64,000 nucleotides of DNA from an uncultured bacterium (GTDB lineage Bacteria > Desulfobacterota > Deferrimicrobia > Deferrimicrobiales > Deferrimicrobiaceae): NCBI GenBank assembly GCA_963741515.1, contig CAVUIA010000006.1:80630-144629 (forward strand), written 5' to 3'. Positions 29,339 through 38,648 of the stretch are shown here, piece by piece. The stretch's first letter is position 1. Each line of letters opens with the position of its first letter. A program made the position numbers and the translations under genes. The notes under the pieces were generated by a model. It did no database searches. It saw nothing but the letters and a program-made list of their open reading frames with translations, and was not told where the DNA came from.

Positions 29339-30320
29339 TTGCGCAAACGGGTTTTGAGCGGCATGCGGCCGAGCGGAAAGCTGCACCTCGGGCACTACAT
29401 CGGGGTGCTGGCGAACTGGAAGAAGCTCCAGGAGGAGAACGACTGCTTCTTTTTCGCCGCCGACTGGCATGCCTTGACGACGGAGTACGACAACACCGGC
29501 ATCATCCGCGAGAGCATCGACGACATGATCATCGACTGGATGGCCTCGGGGATCGACCCGGCGAAGGCGGTCCTGTTCACCCAGAGCCACGTTCCCGAGC
29601 ATTCGGAGCTCCACCTGCTCCTGTCCATGATCACGCCCCTGTCCTGGCTGGAACGCAACCCCACGTACAAGGAGCAGCTCCGGGAGATCACGACCCGGGA
29701 CCTGCACACGTACGGTTTCCTGGGATACCCGGTCCTCCAGGCGGCCGACATCCTGATGTACGACGCCTCCCTCGTCCCCGTCGGGGTCGACCAGCTTCCC
29801 CACCTGGAGCTCACCCGCGAGATCGCCCGGCGGTTCAACTTCCTCTACCGGGAGTCGTTCGTCATCCCCGACGCGCAGCTGACGCAGACGCCCAAGCTCA
29901 TGGGGCTGGACAACCGGAAGATGAGCAAGAGCTACGGGAACGCGATCCTGTTGTCCGACACGGCGGCGGAGGTGTGGGAAAAGGTCCGGCCCATGGTCAC
30001 CGATCCCGCGCGCCAGCGGCGCACCGACAAGGGGAATCCGGAGATCTGCAACGTCTTTTCGTACCACAAGATCTTTTCGGACGAGGCCACGGTCGAGAAG
30101 GTCGACGCTCGGCTGCCGCGAAGCCGGGATCGGCTGCATCGAGTGCAAGAAATGGATGTTCGAGGGGATGGAAAAGGTCCTGAACCCCATCCGCGAAGAG
30201 CGGCGGCGGATCGTGGACAGCGGCGTCTCGGTGCGGGACATCCTCGAAGAGGGGACGAAAAAAGCGAAGAAAGTGGCTGCCGCCAAGCTCACGGAGGTCC
30301 GAGACGCTGTCCGGATCTGA
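29339..30320 (+). CDS. trpS: tryptophan--tRNA ligase, one frameshift near the 3' end
   Basis: 'SGMRPSGKLHLGHYIG' (HIGH), 'KMSKS', 'GYPVLQAADIL'. The conserved C-terminus 'GCREAGIGCIECKKWMFEGMEKVLNPIREERRR...' continues in another frame from about 30105-30112 to the TGA at 30318-30320. Confidence 0.85.
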
Positions 30321-30360
30321 GAAGACGACAGATGCCGCCCCGGTCAGCCCGGTCCAGGCG

Positions 30361-31119
30361 ATGCCGTTGCGCCTCGAGATCTTCGAGGGGCCGCTCGACC
30401 TGCTCCTGCACCTGGTCCGCGACCAGAAGCTCGACATCGAAAACATCCCCATCGCGGAGATCACCGAGCAGTACCTGGCCTACATCGAGGTGATGCAGAC
30501 GCTGAACCTCGACGTGGCGGGGGAGTTCCTGGTGATGGCGGCCACTCTGGTCCACATCAAGTCGAAATCGCTCCTCCCGAGGCACGAGGACGAGGAGGAG
30601 GAAGAGGAAGACCCCGAGATCATGGCCCGGGAGCTGTCCCGGCGCCTGATCGAGTACGAGCGTTTCAAGGAGGCCGCCGCGCGCCTGGGCGATCGCCCCG
30701 TTCTCGGCCGGGACGTCTTCGTGCGCGACTTCCCCGGGGAGGATCTGCCGGAGGAGGAGATCGTCATCACCGAGCTGTCGATGGCCGATCTCATCACCGC
30801 GTTCAAGGACGTCCTCTCGAGGATGCCCTCCGGCGAGGTCCACGAGGTCTTCGTCGAGCGGATCACCATCGCCGACGCCATATCCTTCCTCCTCGATCGG
30901 ATCAAGGCGGAAGGGTCCGTGAAGTTCGAAAGCATCGTCGAGCACTGCAAGACGCGGAACGAGATCATATCCTTTTTCCTGGGCATCCTGGAGCTGGTCC
31001 GTCTGAAGACGATCCGCGTGTACCAGGTGAACCCGTTGGGAATGATCAGCATCGTGCCCGCCGTCCGGGAGAGCGAAAATGGAAGAGAACCCGAACCCGA
31101 CGCCGTCGACATCGATTGA
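30361..31119 (+). CDS. scpA: segregation and condensation protein A
   Basis: 252 aa. 'FEGPLDLLLHLVRDQKLDIENIPIAEITEQYLAYI' is the canonical ScpA N-terminus. Confidence 0.85.
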   Translation: MPLRLEIFEGPLDLLLHLVRDQKLDIENIPIAEITEQYLAYIEVMQTLNLDVAGEFLVMAATLVHIKSKSLLPRHEDEEEEEEDPEIMARELSRRLIEYERFKEAAARLGDRPVLGRDVFVRDFPGEDLPEEEIVITELSMADLITAFKDVLSRMPSGEVHEVFVERITIADAISFLLDRIKAEGSVKFESIVEHCKTRNEIISFFLGILELVRLKTIRVYQVNPLGMISIVPAVRESENGREPEPDAVDID

Positions 31120-31933
31120 TTTCCAGGACGTGGAAGAGCCGCAGGACCGGCACCGGGCCGAGCCCTCGCCGGAGGACGCCGGTCCGATCAGCGTCGACGA
31201 ACTGCTGAACGGGGGCGTCGCCGGGGAAGCCGAGCCCGCCGGGACCCCCGCCGTCGACCTGCGCCGCGCCGCGTCGATCCTGGAAAGCCTGATGCTCGTG
31301 TCCAGCGAACCTCTTTCCGTCGAAAAGGCCCGCCAGATCCTGGGGGACCTGACCCGCGAACAGTTCGAGGAGGTGTTCCTCGCCCTCCGGGAGAAGTACC
31401 CCCCGGAATCCTCCGGAATCCTCGTGGAGAAGGTGGCGAAGGGGGTGCAGCTCCGGACGAACCCGGCGAACCAGGAGCACATCCGCAAGCTGTTCGAAGT
31501 CAAGCCGCCGCGCTTCTCCCGGGCCGCCCTGGAAACCGTGGCGATCATCGCCTACAAACAGCCGCTGACCCGCCAGGAGATCGAGCAGATCCGCGGGGTG
31601 GACTGCGCGGGATCCCTGAAGACCTTGATGGAGCGGCGCCTGGCCCGGGTCGTGGGGAAAAAGGACGTTCCCGGCAAGCCGTTCCTTTTCGGGACCACGC
31701 GGGAATTCATGGAAGTGTTCGGCCTCGGGTCGCTGGGCGAACTGCCGTCGATGCGGGAGATCGAGGAATACCTTGCGTCTTCCTCGGCCACGCACGTGGG
31801 AGCCGGGCGGCCGGGGATCGACCTGCCGTTGCCGTTCCCCGTCACCGGGCTGGCGGGTCCGGATGCGCCGCCGGATGCCGATGCGCCGCCGGATGCCGAT
31901 CCCCCTGCGGAGGACGACCCGGATGCCCACTGA
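31079..31933 (+). CDS. scpB: SMC-Scp complex subunit ScpB with acidic N- and C-terminal extensions
   Basis: 'LESLMLVSSEPLS' and 'ALETVAIIAYKQPLTRQEIEQIRGVDCAGSLKTLMERRL' are the ScpB winged-helix repeats. It overlaps the scpA 3' end. Confidence 0.8.
   Translation: MEENPNPTPSTSIDFQDVEEPQDRHRAEPSPEDAGPISVDELLNGGVAGEAEPAGTPAVDLRRAASILESLMLVSSEPLSVEKARQILGDLTREQFEEVFLALREKYPPESSGILVEKVAKGVQLRTNPANQEHIRKLFEVKPPRFSRAALETVAIIAYKQPLTRQEIEQIRGVDCAGSLKTLMERRLARVVGKKDVPGKPFLFGTTREFMEVFGLGSLGELPSMREIEEYLASSSATHVGAGRPGIDLPLPFPVTGLAGPDAPPDADAPPDADPPAEDDPDAH
31865..31900 (+). repeat. 2 x 18-bp perfect tandem repeat (gcgccgccggatgccgat) inside the scpB 3' end, encoding (APPDAD)2
   Basis: Read directly: 31865-31882 is identical to 31883-31900. 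Confidence 0.8.
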
Positions 31934-32909
31934 GCGCCTGAACCGGTACATCTCGCTGGCCGCCGGCGTTTCCCGCCGCGTGGCGGACGACATGATCCGC
32001 AACGGACGCGTCACCGTGGGAGAGATCCCGGCCCTGGACCCGGGGATGCTCTGGGACCCGTCGGAGCGGGAGGTGCGGCTCGACGGCCGCACGCTCGTCC
32101 CGATCCGGGAAGACAAGATCTACATCATGCTGTACAAGCCCGACGGCGTGGTGACCACGATGAAGGACAAGGAAGGGCGCAAGACCGCCCCGGCTCTGAT
32201 CGGGGAATTGTCCAGCCGCGTCTTCCCCGTGGGCCGTCTCGATTTCCACACCACCGGCCTGCTCCTGCTGACCAACGACGGCGAGTTCGCCTATCGCCTG
32301 ACGCACCCGCGCTTCGGGGTGGAAAAGACGTACGTCGCCAAGCTGATGACCGTTCCCCGGCCCGCCGAACTGAACGTCCTGCGTCGCGGCCTGCCGATCG
32401 AGGGGAAGATGACGAATCCCGCCCAGGTGAACTTCCTCGAGAAAAAGGGCGGCAAGGCCTGGGTGAGCCTGCGGATCGCGGAGGGGCGGTATCACCAGGT
32501 GCGGAAGATGTTCGACGCCATCGGGCACCGGGTGACCAAGCTGCGTCGGGTGGCGGTCGGGACGCTGGAGCTGGCGGGCATCGAGCCGGGGGAGTGGCGC
32601 TACCTCACGTCGAAGGAAGTGCGGGAGCTGAACGATTACGTCGACCGGCGGGCGGCGGAAACGGCCGAACAGGGACCTCCGCCCGACACGCCCCGCCGCG
32701 AGAAGCGGTTCGAAACGCCGGGCGAGCGCGCCAGGCGCAAGGTGGAGAAGAAGGCCATCGCGGAAGCCGCGCTCAAGAAGCAGGCGGAGAAGGCGAAGGC
32801 GGGAAGCGGGGCGAAGACGGGGGAGCGGAAGGGGCCGCGCCGGCCCAAGCCGGAATATAAGAAGAAATCCGTCGCCCCCCCGCGCGGAGGACGACCTTCC
32901 CGGCATTGA
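31923..32909 (+). CDS. rluB: 23S rRNA pseudouridine synthase, RluB/RsuA family, with Lys/Arg-rich C-terminal tail
   Basis: The S4 domain is 'ERLNRYISLAAGVSRRVADDMIRNGRVTV'. The catalytic block is 'VGRLDFHTTGLLLLTNDGE' and 'GRYHQVRKMF' is present. Confidence 0.8.
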   Translation: MPTERLNRYISLAAGVSRRVADDMIRNGRVTVGEIPALDPGMLWDPSEREVRLDGRTLVPIREDKIYIMLYKPDGVVTTMKDKEGRKTAPALIGELSSRVFPVGRLDFHTTGLLLLTNDGEFAYRLTHPRFGVEKTYVAKLMTVPRPAELNVLRRGLPIEGKMTNPAQVNFLEKKGGKAWVSLRIAEGRYHQVRKMFDAIGHRVTKLRRVAVGTLELAGIEPGEWRYLTSKEVRELNDYVDRRAAETAEQGPPPDTPRREKRFETPGERARRKVEKKAIAEAALKKQAEKAKAGSGAKTGERKGPRRPKPEYKKKSVAPPRGGRPSRH

Positions 32910-32926
32910 CCCCGAGATCATAACGG

Positions 32927-32955
32927 TTGACATGAAAAGCGGGGAAGAATAAACT
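32927..32955 (+). promoter_or_regulatory. sigma70-type promoter for tRNA-fMet (TTGACA - 17 nt - TAAACT)
   Basis: -35 TTGACA at 32927-32932 and -10 TAAACT at 32950-32955. The -10 element ends 13 nt upstream of the tRNA 5' end. Confidence 0.45.
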
Positions 32956-32968
32956 TATTTATTCTTGA

Positions 32969-33045
<77 letters not shown>

Positions 33046-33054
33046 ATAAAAACA

Positions 33055-33089
33055 AGGGGTTACGGAAAATACCGTAACCCCTCTTTTTT
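33055..33089 (+). terminator. Rho-independent terminator after tRNA-fMet
   Basis: An 11-bp stem aggggttacgg/ccgtaacccct with a 6-nt loop, followed by cTTTTTT. Confidence 0.6.
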
Positions 33090-33117
33090 GCACCAGCAGC
33101 CGCGATCATGCTATACT
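33088..33117 (+). promoter_or_regulatory. possible sigma70 promoter (TTGCAC - 18 nt - TATACT) for small paralogue A
   Basis: Hexamers read directly at 33088-33093 and 33112-33117. Confidence 0.4.
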
Positions 33118-33227
33118 CGGGTCATTCCAAAAACTTCGATCCCGTCCCTGAACTATCGGGTAGACAACCCGAAGGGTCAAATTTTATTCGACCGGGATCG
33201 CCGCCGCGGGACGCGAGGGGACGGCAG

Positions 33228-33491
33228 ATGAAAAACAGCAGGAAAATAATTAGTTATATGCTTTATGTCGCGCTGTTCGTCGGAACCGTTTGGGTGTCCC
33301 GCATGGTGTACGACCAGATCGTGACCGCCCGCTCGGAGAATACGGTAGACCTTGCCACCTGGCTTCCCAAGAAGGAGATCACCCAGTTGATGCGCTTCCA
33401 CGGAACCGACATCCTGAAGGTCACCCGGGACGCGGTTTTCATTCCCCGCGGAAGCAAATGGGTTCTCGTGCTGCGGCGCGACCAGGGCTGA
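33228..33491 (+). CDS. small single-pass membrane protein, unknown function (paralogue A, 87 aa)
   Basis: The ATG at 33228 is preceded by a GAGGGG RBS. There is an N-terminal TM helix 'IISYMLYVALFVGTVWVS'. It aligns along its full length with the ORF at 33825-34082 (shared TVWVS, DL.TWLPK.EI..LMR.HG.D, KW..VL.RD). Confidence 0.55.
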   Translation: MKNSRKIISYMLYVALFVGTVWVSRMVYDQIVTARSENTVDLATWLPKKEITQLMRFHGTDILKVTRDAVFIPRGSKWVLVLRRDQG

Positions 33492-33526
33492 ACGGAACCC
33501 TTAACCTAACCTCGCGCGCTTCTTTG

Positions 33527-33570
33527 GCCCGTAATTCCTTTTAAAAAAGGAGTTACGGGCTTATTCGTTT
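33527..33570 (+). terminator. probable Rho-independent terminator after paralogue A
   Basis: Near-perfect hairpin gcccgtaattcctttt / aaaaggagttacgggc, followed by ttattcgttt. Confidence 0.5.
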
Positions 33571-33626
33571 GCGTTCCCGGTATCGGAACAATTGGTGCGC
33601 AAATCGGAACAAATCTTCCCACAAGC

Positions 33627-33677
33627 GGAAAAAACCTTTAGAAGGAAAAATCCTTTTAAGGGAAAAACGTTAAATAT
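33627..33677 (+). repeat. three tandem imperfect 17-bp direct repeats (GGAAAAAACCTTTAGAA / GGAAAAATCCTTTTAAG / GGAAAAACGTTAAATAT), candidate upstream activator or bending site
   Basis: GGAAAAA cores at 33627, 33644 and 33661 (17-nt period). The array ends about 25 nt upstream of the sigma54-like element. Confidence 0.5.
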
Positions 33678-33702
33678 CCGCATCTTGTGCGGTCGGTCCG
33701 AT

Positions 33703-33718
33703 TGGTACGCATGTTGCT
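33703..33718 (+). promoter_or_regulatory. sigma54 (-24/-12) type promoter TGGTACGCATGTTGCT upstream of paralogue B
   Basis: It matches the TGGCACG-N4-TTGCW consensus at all positions except one (T for C at position 4), with correct GG-N10-GC spacing. It lies 107 nt upstream of the ATG at 33825. Confidence 0.5.
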
Positions 33719-33824
33719 AATATTGTTTATCAAACAACCAGACAACCAGGGACCATCGCAGGCAACTCAACCTGCAGGACGGCCAGTCCATAAGAGACCG
33801 GAAACAGGGAAAGGAGGCAGCGGG

Positions 33825-34082
33825 ATGCGGAAGGCGAAATGGATCCGTTGCATCTACATCGCGTTGTTCCTGTGCACTGTGTGGGTGTCTGAAATGGGAT
33901 ATCGACAGGTCACGCTTGCCCATGACGAGCAAATGCCGGACCTTTCGACCTGGCTCCCGAAAGGGGAGATCGTGCGGTTGATGCGATATCACGGCGCCGA
34001 CGGCATGAAGATCACGCCGGACGCGGCATACATCTACCGCGACGCCAAATGGATCGTGGTCCTGAAACGCGATCGGGTATGA
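33825..34082 (+). CDS. small single-pass membrane protein, unknown function (paralogue B, 85 aa)
   Basis: The ATG at 33825 is preceded by an AAGGAGG RBS. It has the TM helix 'IRCIYIALFLCTVWVS' and is a paralogue of 33228-33491. Confidence 0.6.
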   Translation: MRKAKWIRCIYIALFLCTVWVSEMGYRQVTLAHDEQMPDLSTWLPKGEIVRLMRYHGADGMKITPDAAYIYRDAKWIVVLKRDRV

Positions 34083-34126
34083 AACGCCGCATGGCGGTAT
34101 AATCCCCCCCAAAGGGGGGATTCGCC

Positions 34127-34729
34127 ATGAAGAAGTCGTTTGGGGCCAGGACCCTTGTTTTTCCCACCCCGACGTGGCTTGTGGGATCGTACGACGGGGA
34201 AGGGAGACCGAACGCGATGACCGTCGCATGGGGCGGCGTCTGCTGTTCCCATCCTCCGTGCCTCGCCGTTTCCCTCCGGAAAGCCACGCACACCTATGCG
34301 AGCATCATGGAGCGGAAGGCCTTCACGGTCAGCGTTCCCTCCGAGTCCCATGCCCGCGAAGCGGATTTCTTCGGCATCGCATCGGGAAAGGACGTCGACA
34401 AGTTCGCCGCCACCGGGCTCACGCCCGTCCGGAGCTCCCTCGTGGACGCGCCGTATGTCGGAGAGTTCCCCATGGTCGTCGAGTGCCGGCTCCTGCACAC
34501 GATCGAGATCGGGCAGCACACCCAGTTCATCGGGGAGATCCTCGACGTCAAGGCGGAGGAGTCCGTCTGCGACGGCAAGGGGGCCGTCGATATCGGGAAG
34601 GTGATGCCGATCGTGTACGCCCCGGACGCGAGGACCTACCACGGGATCGGCAGGCCGCTCGGCCGCGCCTTCTCCATCGGGAAGGAAATCGGAGCAGGTG
34701 CGAATGGAAAAGGAAACCCGGCACGGTAA
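34127..34729 (+). CDS. flavin reductase-like (flavoredoxin / FMN-binding split-barrel) protein
   Basis: 200 aa. 'FPTPTWLVGSYDGEGRPNAMTVAWGGVCCSHPPCLAVSLRKATHTY' is typical of the Flavin_Reduct family. Confidence 0.8.
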   Translation: MKKSFGARTLVFPTPTWLVGSYDGEGRPNAMTVAWGGVCCSHPPCLAVSLRKATHTYASIMERKAFTVSVPSESHAREADFFGIASGKDVDKFAATGLTPVRSSLVDAPYVGEFPMVVECRLLHTIEIGQHTQFIGEILDVKAEESVCDGKGAVDIGKVMPIVYAPDARTYHGIGRPLGRAFSIGKEIGAGANGKGNPAR

Positions 34730-34737
34730 CATAGGGC

Positions 34738-36408
34738 ATGAACCCGGCCGAGGGCGGACTCTTTCCGATAATCAGGTTCCTGATCGACAACCCTTTGATC
34801 CTCCTGTTCGTCGTCGCAGCCATCGGGTATCCGCTGGGCCGGATCCGGATCCGCGGCAGCAGCCTCGGCGTCGCCGCGGTCCTGTTCGTCGGGCTGGCCT
34901 TCGGCTCCCTGCATCCCGACCTGAAGCTGCCGGAAATCGTCTACATCCTCGGTCTCGCGCTCTTCGTCTACACGGTGGGGCTCTCCAGCGGCCGGTCCTT
35001 CTTCGCGTCGCTGCTGCGCGACGGGGCGCGGAACAACCTGCTGGTGGGCGGCATCCTGGTCTGCGCCGCCGGGCTCGCCATCGGCCTGCGGGACTTCCTC
35101 CATCTGGAACCGGGGATCGCGGCGGGAATGTTCTCCGGCAGCTTCACCAACACGCCCGCCCTGGCCGGCGCCCTGGAAACCATCAAGGCCATGGCTCCGA
35201 AGGAGGAGCTGAACCGGCTGCTGGCCGAACCGGTCGTCGGGTTCTCCATCGCCTACCCGTTCGGCGTGATCGGCGTGGTCGTCGCCATTTCCATGCTCCA
35301 GAGGATCTGGAAGACCGATTACGAAAAAGAAGCGAAAGCGCTGCACTTTTTCGGCGGGACGCACGAGCGGCTGAACGTCCGCAGCGTCGAGATCACCCAT
35401 CCGTTCGCGGTGAACGAAACGATCCGGGACCTGGTCAAGCGATACGGGTGGCGCATCGTGTTCGGCAGGATCAAGCGGGAAGGGCAGACCGTCCTGGCCT
35501 ACCCGTCGGCGCGCTTCACCACCGGGGATATCGTTTCCGTCATCGGGACCCGGGAGGCGCTGGACGAGATCACCCCGCTGCTGGGGAAGGCAAGCGCGGA
35601 AGACATCCAGTACGAGGAGAGCACGTTCGAGACCCGGGCCATCTTCGTCTCCAACCCCGAGGTGACTTCCCGGAAACTGAAGGAACTGCGCCTCCGGGAG
35701 GACCACGGCGCGCTGGTCACCCGGGTCCGGCGCGGCGACGGCGATTACATCCCCCACGGCAGCCTGGAGCTCGAGCCGGGCGATCTCATCCGGGTGATGG
35801 GCCCCCGGGAGCGCATGGCGGAGGTCACCGCCTTTTTCGGCGATTCCTACAAGGCGATCAGCGAGGTGGACTTCGTCACGTTCAGCATCGGCCTGGCCCT
35901 CGGGCTGCTGATCGGCAGCGTGAAGATCCCGCTGCCCGGGGGGATCTCCTTCGCCCTCGGGTTCGCGGGCGGCCCGCTGATCGTCGCGCTCGTCCTGGGG
36001 GCCATCGGGAGGACCGGCAGGCTGGTGTGGTCCCTCCCGTACAGCGCGAACATGACGCTGCGGCAGATCGGGCTGGTCCTTTTCCTGGCGGGGATCGGCA
36101 CGAGGGCGGGATACGGCTTCCTGTCCACGTTCCTGAAAGGGGGAGGGGTCTCGATCTTCCTGGCCGGCGCGGCGCTCACGTTCGTCGCGGCGGTCGCGGC
36201 GCTCTGGATCGGCCACCGCCTGATGCGCATCCCCATGAGCATCCTGACCGGAATGATCGCGGGCATGTTCACGCAGCCCGCGGTTCTCGCGTATTCCCTC
36301 GAGCAGACGGGGAACGACCTTCCCAATGTCGGCTACGCCTCGGTCTACCCCGTCGCCACGATCGCCAAGATCCTCCTGGTGCAGGCGCTGCTGTCCACCA
36401 CCCTCTGA
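34738..36408 (+). CDS. AAE (aspartate:alanine exchanger; YidE/YbjL/AspT) family transporter with two central TrkA-C (RCK_C) domains
   Basis: 556 aa. Two ~5-TM halves ('LGVAAVLFVGLAFG' and 'GFAGGPLIVALVLG') flank two soluble repeats ('GDIVSVIGTREAL' and 'GDLIRVMGPRERM'). Confidence 0.8.
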   Translation: MNPAEGGLFPIIRFLIDNPLILLFVVAAIGYPLGRIRIRGSSLGVAAVLFVGLAFGSLHPDLKLPEIVYILGLALFVYTVGLSSGRSFFASLLRDGARNNLLVGGILVCAAGLAIGLRDFLHLEPGIAAGMFSGSFTNTPALAGALETIKAMAPKEELNRLLAEPVVGFSIAYPFGVIGVVVAISMLQRIWKTDYEKEAKALHFFGGTHERLNVRSVEITHPFAVNETIRDLVKRYGWRIVFGRIKREGQTVLAYPSARFTTGDIVSVIGTREALDEITPLLGKASAEDIQYEESTFETRAIFVSNPEVTSRKLKELRLREDHGALVTRVRRGDGDYIPHGSLELEPGDLIRVMGPRERMAEVTAFFGDSYKAISEVDFVTFSIGLALGLLIGSVKIPLPGGISFALGFAGGPLIVALVLGAIGRTGRLVWSLPYSANMTLRQIGLVLFLAGIGTRAGYGFLSTFLKGGGVSIFLAGAALTFVAAVAALWIGHRLMRIPMSILTGMIAGMFTQPAVLAYSLEQTGNDLPNVGYASVYPVATIAKILLVQALLSTTL

Positions 36409-36529
36409 CGTTGTCCCGTCTTTCATCTTGTGCGGTTCGCCGGTTTGATACATATTTGTTCCATGTCCCGGTCCCAGGCCGTTCCCGGGATCGGACCACC
36501 TCACCGGAAAAAAAAAGGGGGAGTCGGCG

Positions 36530-37699
36530 ATGAGAAAATGGTTGGTGTTGTGCATTTGCGTCCTGGCGGCCTCATTGGCGTTCACAACCGGCTGGGCCAA
36601 GGAACCGACGATCAAGATCGGGATCAACGCGCCGCTCACCGGCGATATCCCCAAGGTGGGCGAGGGCACGAAGTTCGCCGCCCAGTTGTGGCTCGAAGAC
36701 GTCAAGGCCGCGGGGGGGATCGCGGTCGGCAAGAAGAAGTACCCCGTGGAACTGATCATCGAGGACAACGAGTCCAAGGCGGAATCGGCCGTGAAGGTGA
36801 CCACGAAGATGATCACCGAGGACGATATCCTCATCATGGTCGGACCCCAGGCCTCCAAGCAGGCGGTGCCCGCGGCGGGGATCGCCAACAACTACAAGAC
36901 CCCGATGATCACGCCATGGTCCACGAACCCCGACTCGACCAAGGACAAGCCCTACGTTTTCCGCGCCTGCTTCCTCGACCCGTTCCAGGGGCCGGTGGTG
37001 GCGAACTTCATCTCGAAGGAGTTCAAGTTCAAGAAGGCGGCGGTCCTCTACGACGTGGCGAGCGACTATCCCAAGGGGCTCGCGGAGTTCTTCAAGAAGG
37101 CCTGGGAGGACATCAACGGGAAAGGGTCCGTGGTGGCCTATGAAAGCTTCACCACCAAGGACACCGACTTCAGCTCCCAGCTGACCAAGATCATCAAGTC
37201 CGGCGCCGAGGTGCTGTTCACTCCCCAGTACTACAACGAGGTGGCGCTCATCGTTCAGCAGGCCCATCAGCTCGGCTGGAAGAAGCCCATCGTGGGCAGC
37301 GATTCCTGGGGATCCGCCGAGACGATCAAGCTCTGCGGCAAGGACTGCTACGGCGCGTTCTTCAGCACGCATTACGCCGCGGCGGGCGCCACCGGAGAGA
37401 CGAAGAAGTTCATCGACCGGTACAAGGCGAAGTACGGCTATGTTCCCGACGACGTCGCGGCGCTCACGTGGGACGCCATGCTGCTTACACAGCAGGCGAT
37501 CCAGGCCACCGGCGGGCTCACGGGAGACCTGAAGAAGGACCGGGACGCCGTCCGGAACGCGTTGTCCCAGGTGAAGAAGTTCAAGGGCATCACCGGCGAG
37601 ATGACCTTCGCCGGGAAGAACGACCCGTCGAAGTGCGCGGTCATCGTCAAGATCAGCGACGCCGGCGAGTTCACCTTCTACAAGTCGGTCTGCCCGTAA
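36530..37699 (+). CDS. ABC transporter periplasmic substrate-binding protein, branched-chain amino acid (LivJ/K-like, type I PBP) family
   Basis: 389 aa with a signal peptide 'LVLCICVLAASLAFTTGWA'. 'IKIGINAPLTGD' and 'MVGPQASKQ' are present. It sits upstream of livHMGF. Confidence 0.85.
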   Translation: MRKWLVLCICVLAASLAFTTGWAKEPTIKIGINAPLTGDIPKVGEGTKFAAQLWLEDVKAAGGIAVGKKKYPVELIIEDNESKAESAVKVTTKMITEDDILIMVGPQASKQAVPAAGIANNYKTPMITPWSTNPDSTKDKPYVFRACFLDPFQGPVVANFISKEFKFKKAAVLYDVASDYPKGLAEFFKKAWEDINGKGSVVAYESFTTKDTDFSSQLTKIIKSGAEVLFTPQYYNEVALIVQQAHQLGWKKPIVGSDSWGSAETIKLCGKDCYGAFFSTHYAAAGATGETKKFIDRYKAKYGYVPDDVAALTWDAMLLTQQAIQATGGLTGDLKKDRDAVRNALSQVKKFKGITGEMTFAGKNDPSKCAVIVKISDAGEFTFYKSVCP

Positions 37700-37720
37700 G
37701 GGAGGCAAACGCTTAAAGCG

Positions 37721-38644
37721 ATGGCGATCTTCCTGCAGAACCTGGTCAACTCGCTCCAGTGGGGGAGCTTCTACGCCCTGATCGCGCTGGGGTACTCCAT
37801 GGTGTACAGCATCCTCATGCTCTTCAACTTCGCGCATGGGGACATCTTCATGGTCGGGGCGTACATCGGCGTAGGGGTGTCTTTCGGCCTGCTCGCCCTG
37901 ACCTCGTCGGGGTTCCTCGCGATCCCCAACTGGCTGATCCTGGTGTTGACCATCCTCATATCGATGTTCCTCACCTCGTTCGTGGGCATGATCGTGGAGC
38001 GGGTGGGGTACAGGCCGCTGCGCAAGGCTCCCCGCGCCTCGGCCGCCATCACGGGCCTTATGATCGGAATCATCCTGGAGACGGGGAACCTGATCCTGCT
38101 GGGGGCCCGCAGGATCAGCTTCCCGTCCCTGATCGAGACCGTCACCTACGATGTGGGCGGCGTGTTCCTGACCAACAAGAAGATCATGATCGTGGTCGTT
38201 TCCCTTCTCCTCACCCTGGCCCTGCACCAGTTCATCCGCCGGACGAAGTGGGGCATGGCGATGCGGGCGATGTCCTACGACTTCGTCGCCGTCCCCCTGA
38301 TGGGGGTGCCGGTCAACAAGGTGATCGCCATCACGTTCGGCATCGGCTCGGCGCTGGCCGCCGCCGCGGGGATCCTCTTCGGCATCGCTTATCCCGTGCT
38401 CGACCCGTACATGGGCGTCCTTTTCGGATGGAAGGCGTTCGTGGCCGCGATCCTGGGCGGCAGGGGCTCCATCATGGGGGCCACCCTGGCGGGCTTCCTG
38501 CTGGGGTTCACCGAGATCTTCGTGGCGATGATCTTCCCTTCGACGCTTCGCGACCTGATCGCCTATTCCATCATCCTCCTGATCCTGACGTTCCGGCCCC
38601 ACGGCTTCTTCGGCGAGCCGTACAGCGCGCAATTGAGGCTCTGA
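37721..38644 (+). CDS. livH: branched-chain amino acid ABC transporter permease LivH
   Basis: 307 aa, polytopic. 'YALIALGYSMVYSILMLFNFAHGD' is the LivH N-terminal signature. Confidence 0.85.
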   Translation: MAIFLQNLVNSLQWGSFYALIALGYSMVYSILMLFNFAHGDIFMVGAYIGVGVSFGLLALTSSGFLAIPNWLILVLTILISMFLTSFVGMIVERVGYRPLRKAPRASAAITGLMIGIILETGNLILLGARRISFPSLIETVTYDVGGVFLTNKKIMIVVVSLLLTLALHQFIRRTKWGMAMRAMSYDFVAVPLMGVPVNKVIAITFGIGSALAAAAGILFGIAYPVLDPYMGVLFGWKAFVAAILGGRGSIMGATLAGFLLGFTEIFVAMIFPSTLRDLIAYSIILLILTFRPHGFFGEPYSAQLRL

Positions 38645-38648
38645 CGCC

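Noticed and set aside
29339-30320. Programmed ribosomal frameshifting in trpS (and likewise in gltX, livG and glnD).
   Set aside because: There are no slippery heptamers or stimulatory structures at the junctions. Several junctions are plain G/C homopolymers. There is no precedent I know of for these genes. Indel error is the simpler explanation.
33108-33227. The longer 127-aa version of paralogue A, starting at ATG 33108.
   Set aside because: The extra 40 residues are absent from paralogue B, overlap the putative -10 box and lack an RBS. ATG 33228 has a GAGGGG RBS and aligns with the paralogue's start.
34090-34126. A TATAAT box plus a C7/G6 hairpin (aatccccccc aaa ggggggatt) just upstream of the flavin-reductase gene, considered as a regulatory element.
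   Set aside because: There is no matching -35 element and no U-tract. The G-run doubles as the RBS. I could not distinguish a terminator, promoter or simple RBS-sequestering hairpin from sequence alone.
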